NCBI GenBank assembly: GCA_964541325.1
Contig: CAZIQX010000005.1
Span: 1-38,405 of the forward strand
Direction of reading: 5' to 3'
DNA from: an uncultured Chitinophagales bacterium
GTDB lineage: Bacteria > Bacteroidota > Rhodothermia > Balneolales > M1805
Length of the DNA: 38,405 nt
The position numbers and the translations under genes are program-made. Below, one piece after another: positions 9,001 through 16,734 of this stretch; position 1 is the first letter of the stretch; the number at the start of each line of letters is the position of its first letter. Under the pieces are notes generated by a model. It was not told where the DNA came from. It did not search any database and saw only the letters and a list, made by a program, of their open reading frames with translations.

Positions 9001-9422
9001 TTAATCAGGTTATTCAGGATATTGATGAATTATATCAACATGATTCACTCATTAAAATAAATCTGGATTTAAGCGAAAAGGCATTAACCATTCTCGGCGT
9101 CACAGACGATTTAAAACGTGTGTTTATCAACTTGATAAAAAATGCTATTGAAGCAATGCCAAATGGTGGAATAATTATTATAAGAACCTATTCTTTCAAA
9201 AAAGATGCTTTTATTGAAATTGCCGATACCGGACATGGCATCCCTGTAGATATTCAAAAACATATTTTTAAACCCAATTTTTCTACTAAAACCAGTGGTA
9301 CGGGTATTGGCTTAGCCATTTGTAAAAAAGTGGTGGATGCTCACTCAGGAACCATTCAATTTGCTTCGGTACCCGGCGCCGGAACAACCTTTACTTTGTC
9401 TTTCCCGCTACAGAAAGACTAA
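6027..9422 (+). CDS. Large polytopic sensor histidine kinase (NtrY-like transmitter)
   Basis: About 850-aa N-terminal region with many hydrophobic helices. It is followed by HAMP (NPLQRLLQGLKRISSGKLD...DEIGELANAYNFMVFRL), H-box (ARQVAHEIKNPLTPM), N-box (LIKNAIEAM), G1 (IADTGHGIP) and G2 (GTGIGLAI). The ORF opens at TTG 6021; the first ATG is 6027. Confidence 0.85.
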   Translation: MNWLKHIPQKLTFWILFTQILGIVGIEIWLNSATQTISDNTTLINQSLQKASQAFELEKQNLVEISKIISIRLKERGLVDANLFSAYAPNIILIAKNDTLIQWSKHAPDIYRKKELHPQLGFSRFDYLGKTYLSYSISPNSDYRIHVLRLISDVNAESIRNKRAYTITSDWLSTLDFPVQLQLSPVENDENNQIKKPLYLSDSTMVGTLVAYPDSRSLLAYHWNAFKSRIRSLYTLFFVFVSVVVFTVTSKQWNLSSRILFRVPLLFILWLLLIHSEVEFQLTDILIEWGWQVKRSLTIQLLRLQFHVFFFVMMSYECIRAARIQKRFFGITWYPRTLILSMIFGSLTYFCLTTLPASYLHLIDAFSIELLDPNLFPPFETLLFILGLGASFGTGVILSFIGNTFLINSEQDQESFVYPFHILGFLGSHYFLYFSGLGYANEFHFPWTILGLYLGLLVTSSWFWRNPTWLNRVSLIRKVLVGSFLLSIFLYPVIHNRYQELNKRDFEEKAASLVDDFLDFTPFSASNSPVYNHDQGAWPGNVYIAAYDSNQTLKASWNRQLLPFSEDIQLSLHANELSELKKGDPTEQSLFFDRQLFWEYLIQLPKSGYIIRGVLPVIPIQSHIFSFFRFFYISLFTVITFLVIRSLVTNTPLPLFDSKEKLQSRILDTYIIASLLFLIALVGTTGVIVSNEEKSSLQTLLKEKKEAVITAIKQDFYGNFDKPFIQFLANRFEVSIELFVDKYSYLRVPFGNDQANLHQGELMNPAVYQSLFNQNKLEVELWESEGIETYGAYYIRPNANPNKNDVIKISLKQINRSNYEQLVETVSYLIAVYVFIFSLFLVLAFFISKYLANPLQRLLQGLKRISSGKLDTIVPVTTHDEIGELANAYNFMVFRLKDLQKELAEVEREAAWSEMARQVAHEIKNPLTPMKLSLQHLQRLVMQEGENDHQLKPNVERISGNLIQQIDSLAAIASDFSKFAKPITDELSPLNLNQVIQDIDELYQHDSLIKINLDLSEKALTILGVTDDLKRVFINLIKNAIEAMPNGGIIIIRTYSFKKDAFIEIADTGHGIPVDIQKHIFKPNFSTKTSGTGIGLAICKKVVDAHSGTIQFASVPGAGTTFTLSFPLQKD

Positions 9423-9460
9423 GTATCTTTACGACTATTACATAACCTGTTTACCCATCT

Positions 9461-10795
9461 GTGACCCTAAAACAACTCATCCCCGAAGCCAAAGCGGTTA
9501 GCAAATTAGGCGCGCCCATTATTACCGGACAACTTGCCCAAATGTCGATGGGTTTTGTAGATACCATCATGGCTGGAAATCTGAGTCCCAATGACTTAGC
9601 AGCTGTAGCTATAGGCTCAAGTTTTGTAAATCCCATTTTTGTGTTTTCCATTGGTTTATTGATGGCATTAAACCCAATTGTTGCTCAACATATGGGTGCG
9701 CGACGCATTGATGAAATAGGACGAACAGTTCGCCATGCCTTGTATTTGGCTGTTGTTCTGGCTGCAATTTCTTTTATGTTGATTCGCCAATTGGATTGGG
9801 CTATGCAATTGTTGGGAATTGAACCTGCCGTTCAAGAACTCTCAACCGGATATATGCGTGCTATGAGTTGGGGATTTTTGCCCATCATCTCTTATTTAGT
9901 GCTACGTTTTTTCAATGAAGGTCTTTCTGTAACCAAACCGACCATGTGGTTTGCACTTTTAGGCTTAGTATTTAACATAATTGGAAATTATGTGTTTATG
10001 TACGGGAAACTCGGTTTTCCTAAAATGGGGGCTGTTGGAACAGGTTGGGCTAGCGCTCTTGTAGCTTGGATTATGTTTTTGGGCATGTTGATTTTCACCC
10101 TTACCAATAAACCGTACAAACGCTTTGAATTATTTTCAACCGTAAAAAAACCGGATTGGAAATACATCAAAGAAATTCTTTCAGTTGGTGTGCCTAATGG
10201 AATGAGCGCCTTTATGGAAGTAAGTATGTTTGCAATGGTTGCACTGTTTATGGGAATGTTAGGTACTACTATTGTGGCAGGTCACCAAATTGCAATCAAT
10301 ATTGGATCAATTATTTTCATGATTCCCTTAGGTTTTTCGTCGGCAATTTCGGTACGCGTTGGAACCTATATCGGTAAAAATGACCGAGAAAATGCTCGCC
10401 TTGCCGGGTATGCCGGAATTTTCTTGTGTGTATTAATTGCTATTGTTATGGCAACTGTATTAGTAACTATTCCGGAATTATTGGTTTCCATTTATACCAG
10501 TGATACTCAAGTGATAGAAATTGCGGTTGCTTTGCTGTTTATGGCGGCCATTTTTCAAGTTTCTGATGGCTTGCAGGTTAGTGGTGCAGGTGCACTTCGC
10601 GGATTAAAAGACACCACCATACCCATGATTGTAAATTTTATTGCGTATTGGGTAATCGGTCTGCCTCTAGGATATCTGATCGGGATTTACTGGAATTTTG
10701 GGCCATCAGGTCTATGGGTTGGATTAATTGCAGGTCTAACCGTAGCTGCTATTTTGCACAATGTCCGGTTTTATCAGTTGATTTACCGAAGCTAA
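9461..10795 (+). CDS. MATE family efflux transporter (NorM-like)
   Basis: 444 aa, about 12 TM, GTG start. The N-terminal block LGAPIITGQLAQMSMGFVDTIMAG and the internal duplication pattern are typical of MATE pumps. Confidence 0.9.
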   Translation: MTLKQLIPEAKAVSKLGAPIITGQLAQMSMGFVDTIMAGNLSPNDLAAVAIGSSFVNPIFVFSIGLLMALNPIVAQHMGARRIDEIGRTVRHALYLAVVLAAISFMLIRQLDWAMQLLGIEPAVQELSTGYMRAMSWGFLPIISYLVLRFFNEGLSVTKPTMWFALLGLVFNIIGNYVFMYGKLGFPKMGAVGTGWASALVAWIMFLGMLIFTLTNKPYKRFELFSTVKKPDWKYIKEILSVGVPNGMSAFMEVSMFAMVALFMGMLGTTIVAGHQIAINIGSIIFMIPLGFSSAISVRVGTYIGKNDRENARLAGYAGIFLCVLIAIVMATVLVTIPELLVSIYTSDTQVIEIAVALLFMAAIFQVSDGLQVSGAGALRGLKDTTIPMIVNFIAYWVIGLPLGYLIGIYWNFGPSGLWVGLIAGLTVAAILHNVRFYQLIYRS

Positions 10796-10856
10796 TTGGT
10801 GAAGTTGAAACGTTCGTTACAAAAATCAAGTTAGTTTGGAGAATTCGGTAAAAATT

Positions 10857-11948
10857 ATGAGCGTATTTATTCATTCGATAGCCACTTCTAATCCCAATCA
10901 GGCTTATTCGCAACAAGAAGCCTTGGAATTTATTAAGCAACAATACCCCGAAGGTTCCATGGCACAACGAATGGCGCATCGGATTTACACCTATTCCGAT
11001 ATTGAAACACGCTATTCTGTAATCGAAGATATTCGTCAAAAAGAGTGTGATAATCCATTTTTCTCGTATGATGAAATCGGTGAACGGATATGGCCTGACA
11101 CTAAAAAACGGAACGATTTATATACTCTGCATGCTCGCGGATTACTCAAAAAAGCTTGCTCAACGGCTTTGCAAGAATCTGGCTATCAGTCCAGAGATAT
11201 CACACATGTAATAACTGTTTCCTGCACCGGGTTCTATGCTCCGGGTCCCGATTATCATTTGATAAAAGATTTGGATTTATCGCACAAAGTACAACGCTAT
11301 CATATTGGATTTATGGGGTGTTATGCAGCTTTTACAGCCTTGCGTTTAGCAAAAAATGTATGCGAGGCACATCCTGAAGCCGTTGTTTTAATTGGTGATA
11401 TCGAATTGTGTAGTCTTCATTTACAAGCTAAAACTGAAACTGATGCTATTTTGTCGGCATCTGTTTTTGCGGATGGATGCGCGGGTTTAGTGATATCTGC
11501 CCAATCCCCCAAAAACGGCCTAAAAATTTTGGACTTAGCCACCGAATTGTTGCCAACCGGCGAAGCCGACATGGCCTGGACCATCGGAAATCAGGGATTT
11601 GATATGGTACTCACTAGTTATGTTCCCAAAATTCTGGAGGCTGAATTAGGAAAAATCACCAAACCTTATCTGGAAAAATTGGGCTTAGCTGATTACGATT
11701 TTCCGTGGTGGGCCATTCATCCCGGTGGAAAAGCCATTTTAGATAAAGCCGAACAAGCCCTCTCGTTGCATGAGCATCACCTAAAGCCTTCAAGAGATAT
11801 TCTTCGGGAGTTCGGCAATATGAGCAGCGTTACTATTTTATACATTTTAAAACGAATCATGGAAGACAAAAGCTCGGGAAAACCATTTCCTGCTATGGCA
11901 TTTGGCCCCGGTTTAACCGTTGAAATGGGTGTTTTTGAAACGGTTTAA
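10857..11948 (+). CDS. Type III polyketide synthase (chalcone/stilbene synthase fold)
   Basis: The Cys-His-Asn triad is in canonical contexts: VSCTGFYAPG (Cys codon 11223-11225), WWAIHPGGKAILD (His 11718-11720), EFGNMSSV (Asn 11817-11819). The C-terminal AFGPGLTVE block is also present. The ORF also opens at TTG 10836. Confidence 0.9.
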   Translation: MSVFIHSIATSNPNQAYSQQEALEFIKQQYPEGSMAQRMAHRIYTYSDIETRYSVIEDIRQKECDNPFFSYDEIGERIWPDTKKRNDLYTLHARGLLKKACSTALQESGYQSRDITHVITVSCTGFYAPGPDYHLIKDLDLSHKVQRYHIGFMGCYAAFTALRLAKNVCEAHPEAVVLIGDIELCSLHLQAKTETDAILSASVFADGCAGLVISAQSPKNGLKILDLATELLPTGEADMAWTIGNQGFDMVLTSYVPKILEAELGKITKPYLEKLGLADYDFPWWAIHPGGKAILDKAEQALSLHEHHLKPSRDILREFGNMSSVTILYILKRIMEDKSSGKPFPAMAFGPGLTVEMGVFETV

Positions 11949-11951
11949 TGT

Positions 11952-12620
11952 ATGATTCACAAACGAGAAGCACATCTCACTGAATTAATGGATGCTCCTG
12001 ATGCATCCATGAGTAGATTACTTAAAACGTATAAAGCATTTCGCATAATAAATCGGCTAACCGCTTACTGGAAGTGGATTTACGAGCTGGAAATTCGTCC
12101 ATATTTACAGTTCAACACCACTACACGTATTGCAGATTTAGGATGTGGCGATGGATTTGTATTACATGAGATTGGCAAATGGGCAAAAAATGACGGTTAT
12201 GATGTGCATTTGATAGGTATCGAACCGGATACACGAGTGCAAACATTACAAGCTGATTTTCCGGAAATTGAGTTTTTTTGTGGGTACTTGCATGAATATC
12301 CAGGACAAGTTGATGTACTCATTTCCAATCATGTGATGCATCATTTAACCGAACAAGAATTAATCACCTTATTAGCTGAAAGTGATAAAGTGGCCACTTC
12401 GTTGATACTTCATAATGATATTCATCGCTCTTGGTTGGCGTTTTTGCTTTATCCTTTCATAGGTGTTTGGTTTGGGTTCACCACATTTGCTCTTATCGAT
12501 GGACTCCGTTCTATCCGTCGAAGTTTTACAACAAAAGAGTTAGAACATCTTATCTCATCAAAATGGCAGGTATATAATTATTTGCCCTTTCGATTATTGG
12601 TAACTCAATCAAAAAAATGA
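11952..12620 (+). CDS. Class I SAM-dependent methyltransferase with hydrophobic C-terminal segment
   Basis: SAM motif I IADLGCGDGFVL and motif post-I/II (VLISNHVMHHL). The hydrophobic stretch WLAFLLYPFIGVWFGFTTFALI is near the C-terminus. It starts 3 nt after the PKS stop. Confidence 0.8.
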   Translation: MIHKREAHLTELMDAPDASMSRLLKTYKAFRIINRLTAYWKWIYELEIRPYLQFNTTTRIADLGCGDGFVLHEIGKWAKNDGYDVHLIGIEPDTRVQTLQADFPEIEFFCGYLHEYPGQVDVLISNHVMHHLTEQELITLLAESDKVATSLILHNDIHRSWLAFLLYPFIGVWFGFTTFALIDGLRSIRRSFTTKELEHLISSKWQVYNYLPFRLLVTQSKK

Positions 12621-13759
12621 CCCCTAACGCAGAATATTGCATTATAGGCGCTGGCAGTGCCGGACTCTTTCTCGCCAATTTGTTAGGGCAGGCTGGTAAA
12701 ACTGTAATCATTTTTGATGAGCACATGAGTCCAAATCCGCATAGTCGTTCGATTGGCATCCATCCTCCATCTCTCGAACTTTTGGATACATTACACCTGT
12801 CAGAGGTTTTTATAAAAGAAGGGAATCCAATTACAAGCGGTTTTGTTTTTTTTGAAGATTCAACGAATCCATATGCAGAATTATCGTTTTCGAGTTGCAA
12901 AAAGCCCTACACGTTTGTTTTGAGTCTGCCACAATATCAAACAGAAACCATTTTGGAAACCAATTTAAAAAAGTATAAGTGCGTTCAGGTAGTACGTGGA
13001 GAAACCGTTACCCATCTATCTTTTTTAAAGCATTATTGGCATATCGATACCCAATCTGCATCGTTCAGAGCATCATTTTTAATTGATGCAAGTGGAAAAA
13101 AATCGCGCATAAGACCTTTTTTGCAATCCACGCTCAAAGAAATCGCTTATGCTGATACCTATTTAATGGGCGATACGCTTAGAACCGACGAACCCGAACA
13201 TCAAGCTTTAATTTATTTAACTCCGGATGGAGTTATCGAGTCTTTTCCACTTCCCAATGGCATACAACGATGGGTTTTCAAAACCAAGAATTTCACTAAA
13301 ACGATTGATTTTTCTGAATTTGCCTCATGGATAAAAACTCGTACTGGTATAGCAAAAGAATCGAATCAAGTCATTTTTACAAACGGGTTTGGGGTTCAAA
13401 AAGGAATCACAGACCGAATTGCAGATACCCATTTTGCTGTTGTGGGAGATGCTGCTCATGTAGTGAGTCCAATTGGGGGGCAAGGCATGAATTTAGCCTG
13501 GTTTAACACTTTTGACTTAGCTCAACTCTTACTAAAAAACACCTACGCTACCGAATTTAAGTTGTATGCCAAACGAGTAGAATCGCGATGGGAAAAAGTG
13601 GTTTTTCGGTCGGAGTTTAACATGTTCTTTGGGCGTAGATCATCAAACTTATTTTACCAAATAAAAAAAGTTGGGGCCAAACAGGTTTTAAAACCTCATT
13701 TTGCCCCAACTTTTGCAAATCAATTTACAATGCGAGGAATTGATATACCCAAACCTTAG
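12617..13759 (+). CDS. FAD-dependent aromatic monooxygenase (class A flavoprotein hydroxylase)
   Basis: GxGxxG (CIIGAGSAGLFLA), a DG-type motif (FLIDASGKKSRIR) and a GD motif (VVGDAAHVVSPIGGQGMNLAWFN). Its ATG overlaps the methyltransferase stop (ATGA). Confidence 0.85.
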   Translation: MTPNAEYCIIGAGSAGLFLANLLGQAGKTVIIFDEHMSPNPHSRSIGIHPPSLELLDTLHLSEVFIKEGNPITSGFVFFEDSTNPYAELSFSSCKKPYTFVLSLPQYQTETILETNLKKYKCVQVVRGETVTHLSFLKHYWHIDTQSASFRASFLIDASGKKSRIRPFLQSTLKEIAYADTYLMGDTLRTDEPEHQALIYLTPDGVIESFPLPNGIQRWVFKTKNFTKTIDFSEFASWIKTRTGIAKESNQVIFTNGFGVQKGITDRIADTHFAVVGDAAHVVSPIGGQGMNLAWFNTFDLAQLLLKNTYATEFKLYAKRVESRWEKVVFRSEFNMFFGRRSSNLFYQIKKVGAKQVLKPHFAPTFANQFTMRGIDIPKP

Positions 13760-14622
13760 TTGCTTTGTTGATTTCGAGCAATTTCTAACATTTTGGTTAC
13801 CTCTACCCCTAAATGTTTCATCAAAATATTGCGATATGCTGCTGTAGAGCGATATCCGGTTCCTAAATTGAAAAACTCGTTAATTACTGGAGCCCAATCA
13901 GAATCCAAAGGCATAATAAATCCAAATGTTTCAGAGGCTAAATCACCTACTGGATGACGCTTAATGGGGAGTTTTTGTTTATCAAATGCCGGCCAATAAA
14001 TGGATAAATCTACATAAGCAAAATAACTGGGGTCTTGGGCTACTTTATTTACCACCTCAATTTGAGAAGGCAAATATTCCAATTTTGCATTGGGATAATA
14101 TTTTTGGGTTGCATCTATCAAATACCCCTCTAGGGTTGTTCCTTTGCCAGCCAAACCTTTTAAATTGCCAAATTCTGTTGACATCTGATTTAAACTACTC
14201 AGATTTCTAACCGAACTATGAGTAATCATCACGGCAATATTATTAATGAAAGGCGGTGAGAAAATTACTTCTGATTTTCTTCTGTCTAAGATTGTAGTTG
14301 TGCCTAGTCCAAAAACGCCCTGAGAGCCATCCTTTACCATAGTGTAAAAATTGGAAAACGAACGCTCACCAATGTAACTCACCTCTAGTTCTATACCTTT
14401 TGCGTTTTTCAGCCAATTCACAAAATGATTGAAAATGTCGCCTTCAACACCCGATATTTTTCCTGTGGCATCTTTAAACGCAAATGCTTCTTCTTCCAGA
14501 TAAACTGCAACAACAGATGCTTTTTTTGATTTTAGTGCATCGGCATAGGTATCGCCTTTAAGTTGTGCTACTGTATGTTGAAAGAATAAACAGGAAAAAA
14601 ATAAGCTTAACAGTAGTTTCAT
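13756..14622 (-). CDS. Secreted solute-binding-protein-like protein (SBP family 3-like), paralog A
   Basis: 288 aa with signal peptide MKLLLSLFFSCLFFQHTVAQ and two-lobe SBP_bac_3-like layout. It is about 45-50% identical by eye to the adjacent ORF and shares the C-terminal block FGFIMPL.SDW.P...EFFNLG.GYRS. The family call is by resemblance only. Confidence 0.65.
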   Translation of the reverse strand: MKLLLSLFFSCLFFQHTVAQLKGDTYADALKSKKASVVAVYLEEEAFAFKDATGKISGVEGDIFNHFVNWLKNAKGIELEVSYIGERSFSNFYTMVKDGSQGVFGLGTTTILDRRKSEVIFSPPFINNIAVMITHSSVRNLSSLNQMSTEFGNLKGLAGKGTTLEGYLIDATQKYYPNAKLEYLPSQIEVVNKVAQDPSYFAYVDLSIYWPAFDKQKLPIKRHPVGDLASETFGFIMPLDSDWAPVINEFFNLGTGYRSTAAYRNILMKHLGVEVTKMLEIARNQQSN

Positions 14623-14633
14623 GTACTCCTCAA

Positions 14634-15524
14634 TTATTTATTTGATGCTTGTGCCATTTCTAACATTTGAGTTACTTCTGTTCCTAAGTGCCTCATTAGG
14701 ATACGTTTGTAGGTAACATTTGAACGATAACCCGATCCCAAATTAAAAAATTCTTTCATTAATGGCTCCCAATCACTCGAAAGTGGCATAATAAACCCAA
14801 ATTGCTCAGTAGTTTTATCACCAACCGGTTGGCGCTTAATCGATTTATTTTCTTTTTGAGCAATCCAGTAGTTCGACAAATCAGTGTAGGAAAATAATTT
14901 GGTATCCGCTGCTACTTTTTCAATGGCTTCTGTATCAGAGTTTGCCGTAGATACGCTCAATGATGGAAAATAACGTTGTTTTATATCATTTAGGGTTTCA
15001 ACGTGAGTCGTACCTTTATGCACTATAGCCGACATACCTTTAAAGGTAGTTCCAATTTGATCAAGTGATTTTAAATCAGGCGCTGCAGTGTTGGTAAATA
15101 AAACGGCAATATTATTCAAATAGGCTGGACTAAAACGTAGTTCTTGTTTTCTTGCATCCGTAATGGTGATGTTAGCAGCACCAAAAACACCACCGGTTGC
15201 TTTTTTTACATCATCATATAGTTGTTCAAAATCGTCTTGTTCAATCCACTCAACTTCCAAATCCACCCCTTTGGCATTGCGCAACCAACTAATAAATTGC
15301 GATAAAATATCGAGTTCTACACCGGTTGGTCGGCCTTGACGATCTTTGTAGGCAAAAGCTTCTTCAGGATAATACACGATTACGATTTTTCCTGATTTTT
15401 GCGAGCTTGCAGATTCCCAAGTTGTACCGGTTAGAACCTGAGCTGATAGATTGGTGGTGGTTGCACTTAACACTATATACATTAGACCACTAATAAACAC
15501 AAAACGTGAAATGAACTTCATCAT
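14634..15524 (-). CDS. Secreted solute-binding-protein-like protein (SBP family 3-like), paralog B
   Basis: 296 aa with a signal peptide ending NLSAQ. It is a tandem paralog of 13756-14622 with an 11-nt gap between them. Confidence 0.65.
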   Translation of the reverse strand: MMKFISRFVFISGLMYIVLSATTTNLSAQVLTGTTWESASSQKSGKIVIVYYPEEAFAYKDRQGRPTGVELDILSQFISWLRNAKGVDLEVEWIEQDDFEQLYDDVKKATGGVFGAANITITDARKQELRFSPAYLNNIAVLFTNTAAPDLKSLDQIGTTFKGMSAIVHKGTTHVETLNDIKQRYFPSLSVSTANSDTEAIEKVAADTKLFSYTDLSNYWIAQKENKSIKRQPVGDKTTEQFGFIMPLSSDWEPLMKEFFNLGSGYRSNVTYKRILMRHLGTEVTQMLEMAQASNK

Positions 15525-15884
15525 AACTGCTAGTTAATTTTCAATTAAAACAAAATTGTGCGACAGATTTTACACCGAAACGACACGAATAACTATTCTG
15601 TAATATAAAAAACCAAAATGAAGTTTTTTAAAGGTTTACATCAGAATTACTGCTTAACAGAATAATACCGACAATTCCTTGATACGCAATAGGTTTATTA
15701 ATTAATCATAATCATTTTATTAACAAATTAATACTACTACCAACAATTTCTTAACTAATATTCACCGATTCATTGGTCTTCTTTGTATAGTTAGTTTTAC
15801 TAAACGTAACGTTTTCAGCATTTGGCTTAGTGGTGAAAACAACTATTTTTAAGCAATCTAAATTCTTAGTTAAATCCGATATAC
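15525..15884. promoter_or_regulatory. Largest non-coding gap in the window; divergent promoter region (SBP pair <-> dapD)
   Basis: 360-nt very AT-rich spacer between divergent CDS. No riboswitch-like conserved core was recognised. Confidence 0.4.
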
Positions 15885-16730
15885 ATGAATTCATCTCAAT
15901 TACAAAACTACGTTTCAACCTGTGTTCAAAACCCCACATCAGAAAAACCTGCCGATTTTGAATCCTTTTTTGAGGCTTTTTTAACGGCACTTGAAAGTGG
16001 TGAAATTCGCTCAGCCGAAAAAACCGATGGCGAGTGGAGAGCTAATACCTGGGTAAAACAAGGTATTTTATTAGGATTCAAATACGGAAAGAATTCACTT
16101 CAATTAGATTCTGATGGATTTCAATTTTTTGATAAAAACACCTATCCCATTCAACGTTTTGATGGTGTAAGCCGCAATATTCGTATTGTTCCGGGTGGTT
16201 CAACCGTGCGTCGTGGTTCCTATGTTGGTAAGAATGTAACCATGATGCCACCTATGTACATCAATGCCGGTGCTTTTGTTGACGATGGCAGTATGATTGA
16301 TTCTCATGCTTTGGTTGGAAGTTGTGCGCAAGTGGGAAAACGTTGCCACATTAGTGCTGCTGCCCAATTAGGTGGCGTGCTAGAACCTGTTGGTGCAACT
16401 CCGGTTATCATAGAAGATGATTGTATGGTTGGTGGAAATACCGGAATCTATGAAGGAACACAAGTCGGAGAAGGTGCCGTAATCGGTGCCGGAGTAATTT
16501 TAACCCGTGCCACTCCGGTATATGACCTCGTTCATGGTACGATTTATAAAGGTTCTGCTGAACAGCCGCTAAAAATTCCTGCTGGCGCTGTTGTAATTCC
16601 GGGCACACGTCCGATTTCTTCAAATGCTTTCGCAAAAGAACACGGTTTATCCATTTCAAGTCCGGTAATTATTAAATATCGTGATGATAAAACCGAGTTA
16701 TCTACCACATTAGAAGCATTGCTCCGTTAA
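15885..16730 (+). CDS. dapD: 2,3,4,5-tetrahydropyridine-2,6-dicarboxylate N-succinyltransferase
   Basis: 281 aa with left-handed beta-helix hexapeptide repeats ([67 protein letters not shown]) and a DapD-type N-terminal domain. Confidence 0.9.
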   Translation: MNSSQLQNYVSTCVQNPTSEKPADFESFFEAFLTALESGEIRSAEKTDGEWRANTWVKQGILLGFKYGKNSLQLDSDGFQFFDKNTYPIQRFDGVSRNIRIVPGGSTVRRGSYVGKNVTMMPPMYINAGAFVDDGSMIDSHALVGSCAQVGKRCHISAAAQLGGVLEPVGATPVIIEDDCMVGGNTGIYEGTQVGEGAVIGAGVILTRATPVYDLVHGTIYKGSAEQPLKIPAGAVVIPGTRPISSNAFAKEHGLSISSPVIIKYRDDKTELSTTLEALLR

Positions 16731-16734
16731 CCAT

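Noticed and set aside
15525-15884. Possible lysine riboswitch or leader peptide upstream of dapD, including a 15-codon mini-ORF at 15618-15665 (MKFFKGLHQNYCLTE).
   Set aside because: I could not find the conserved L-box core or a convincing multi-helix structure. The mini-ORF has no Lys-codon run and no following attenuator hairpin.
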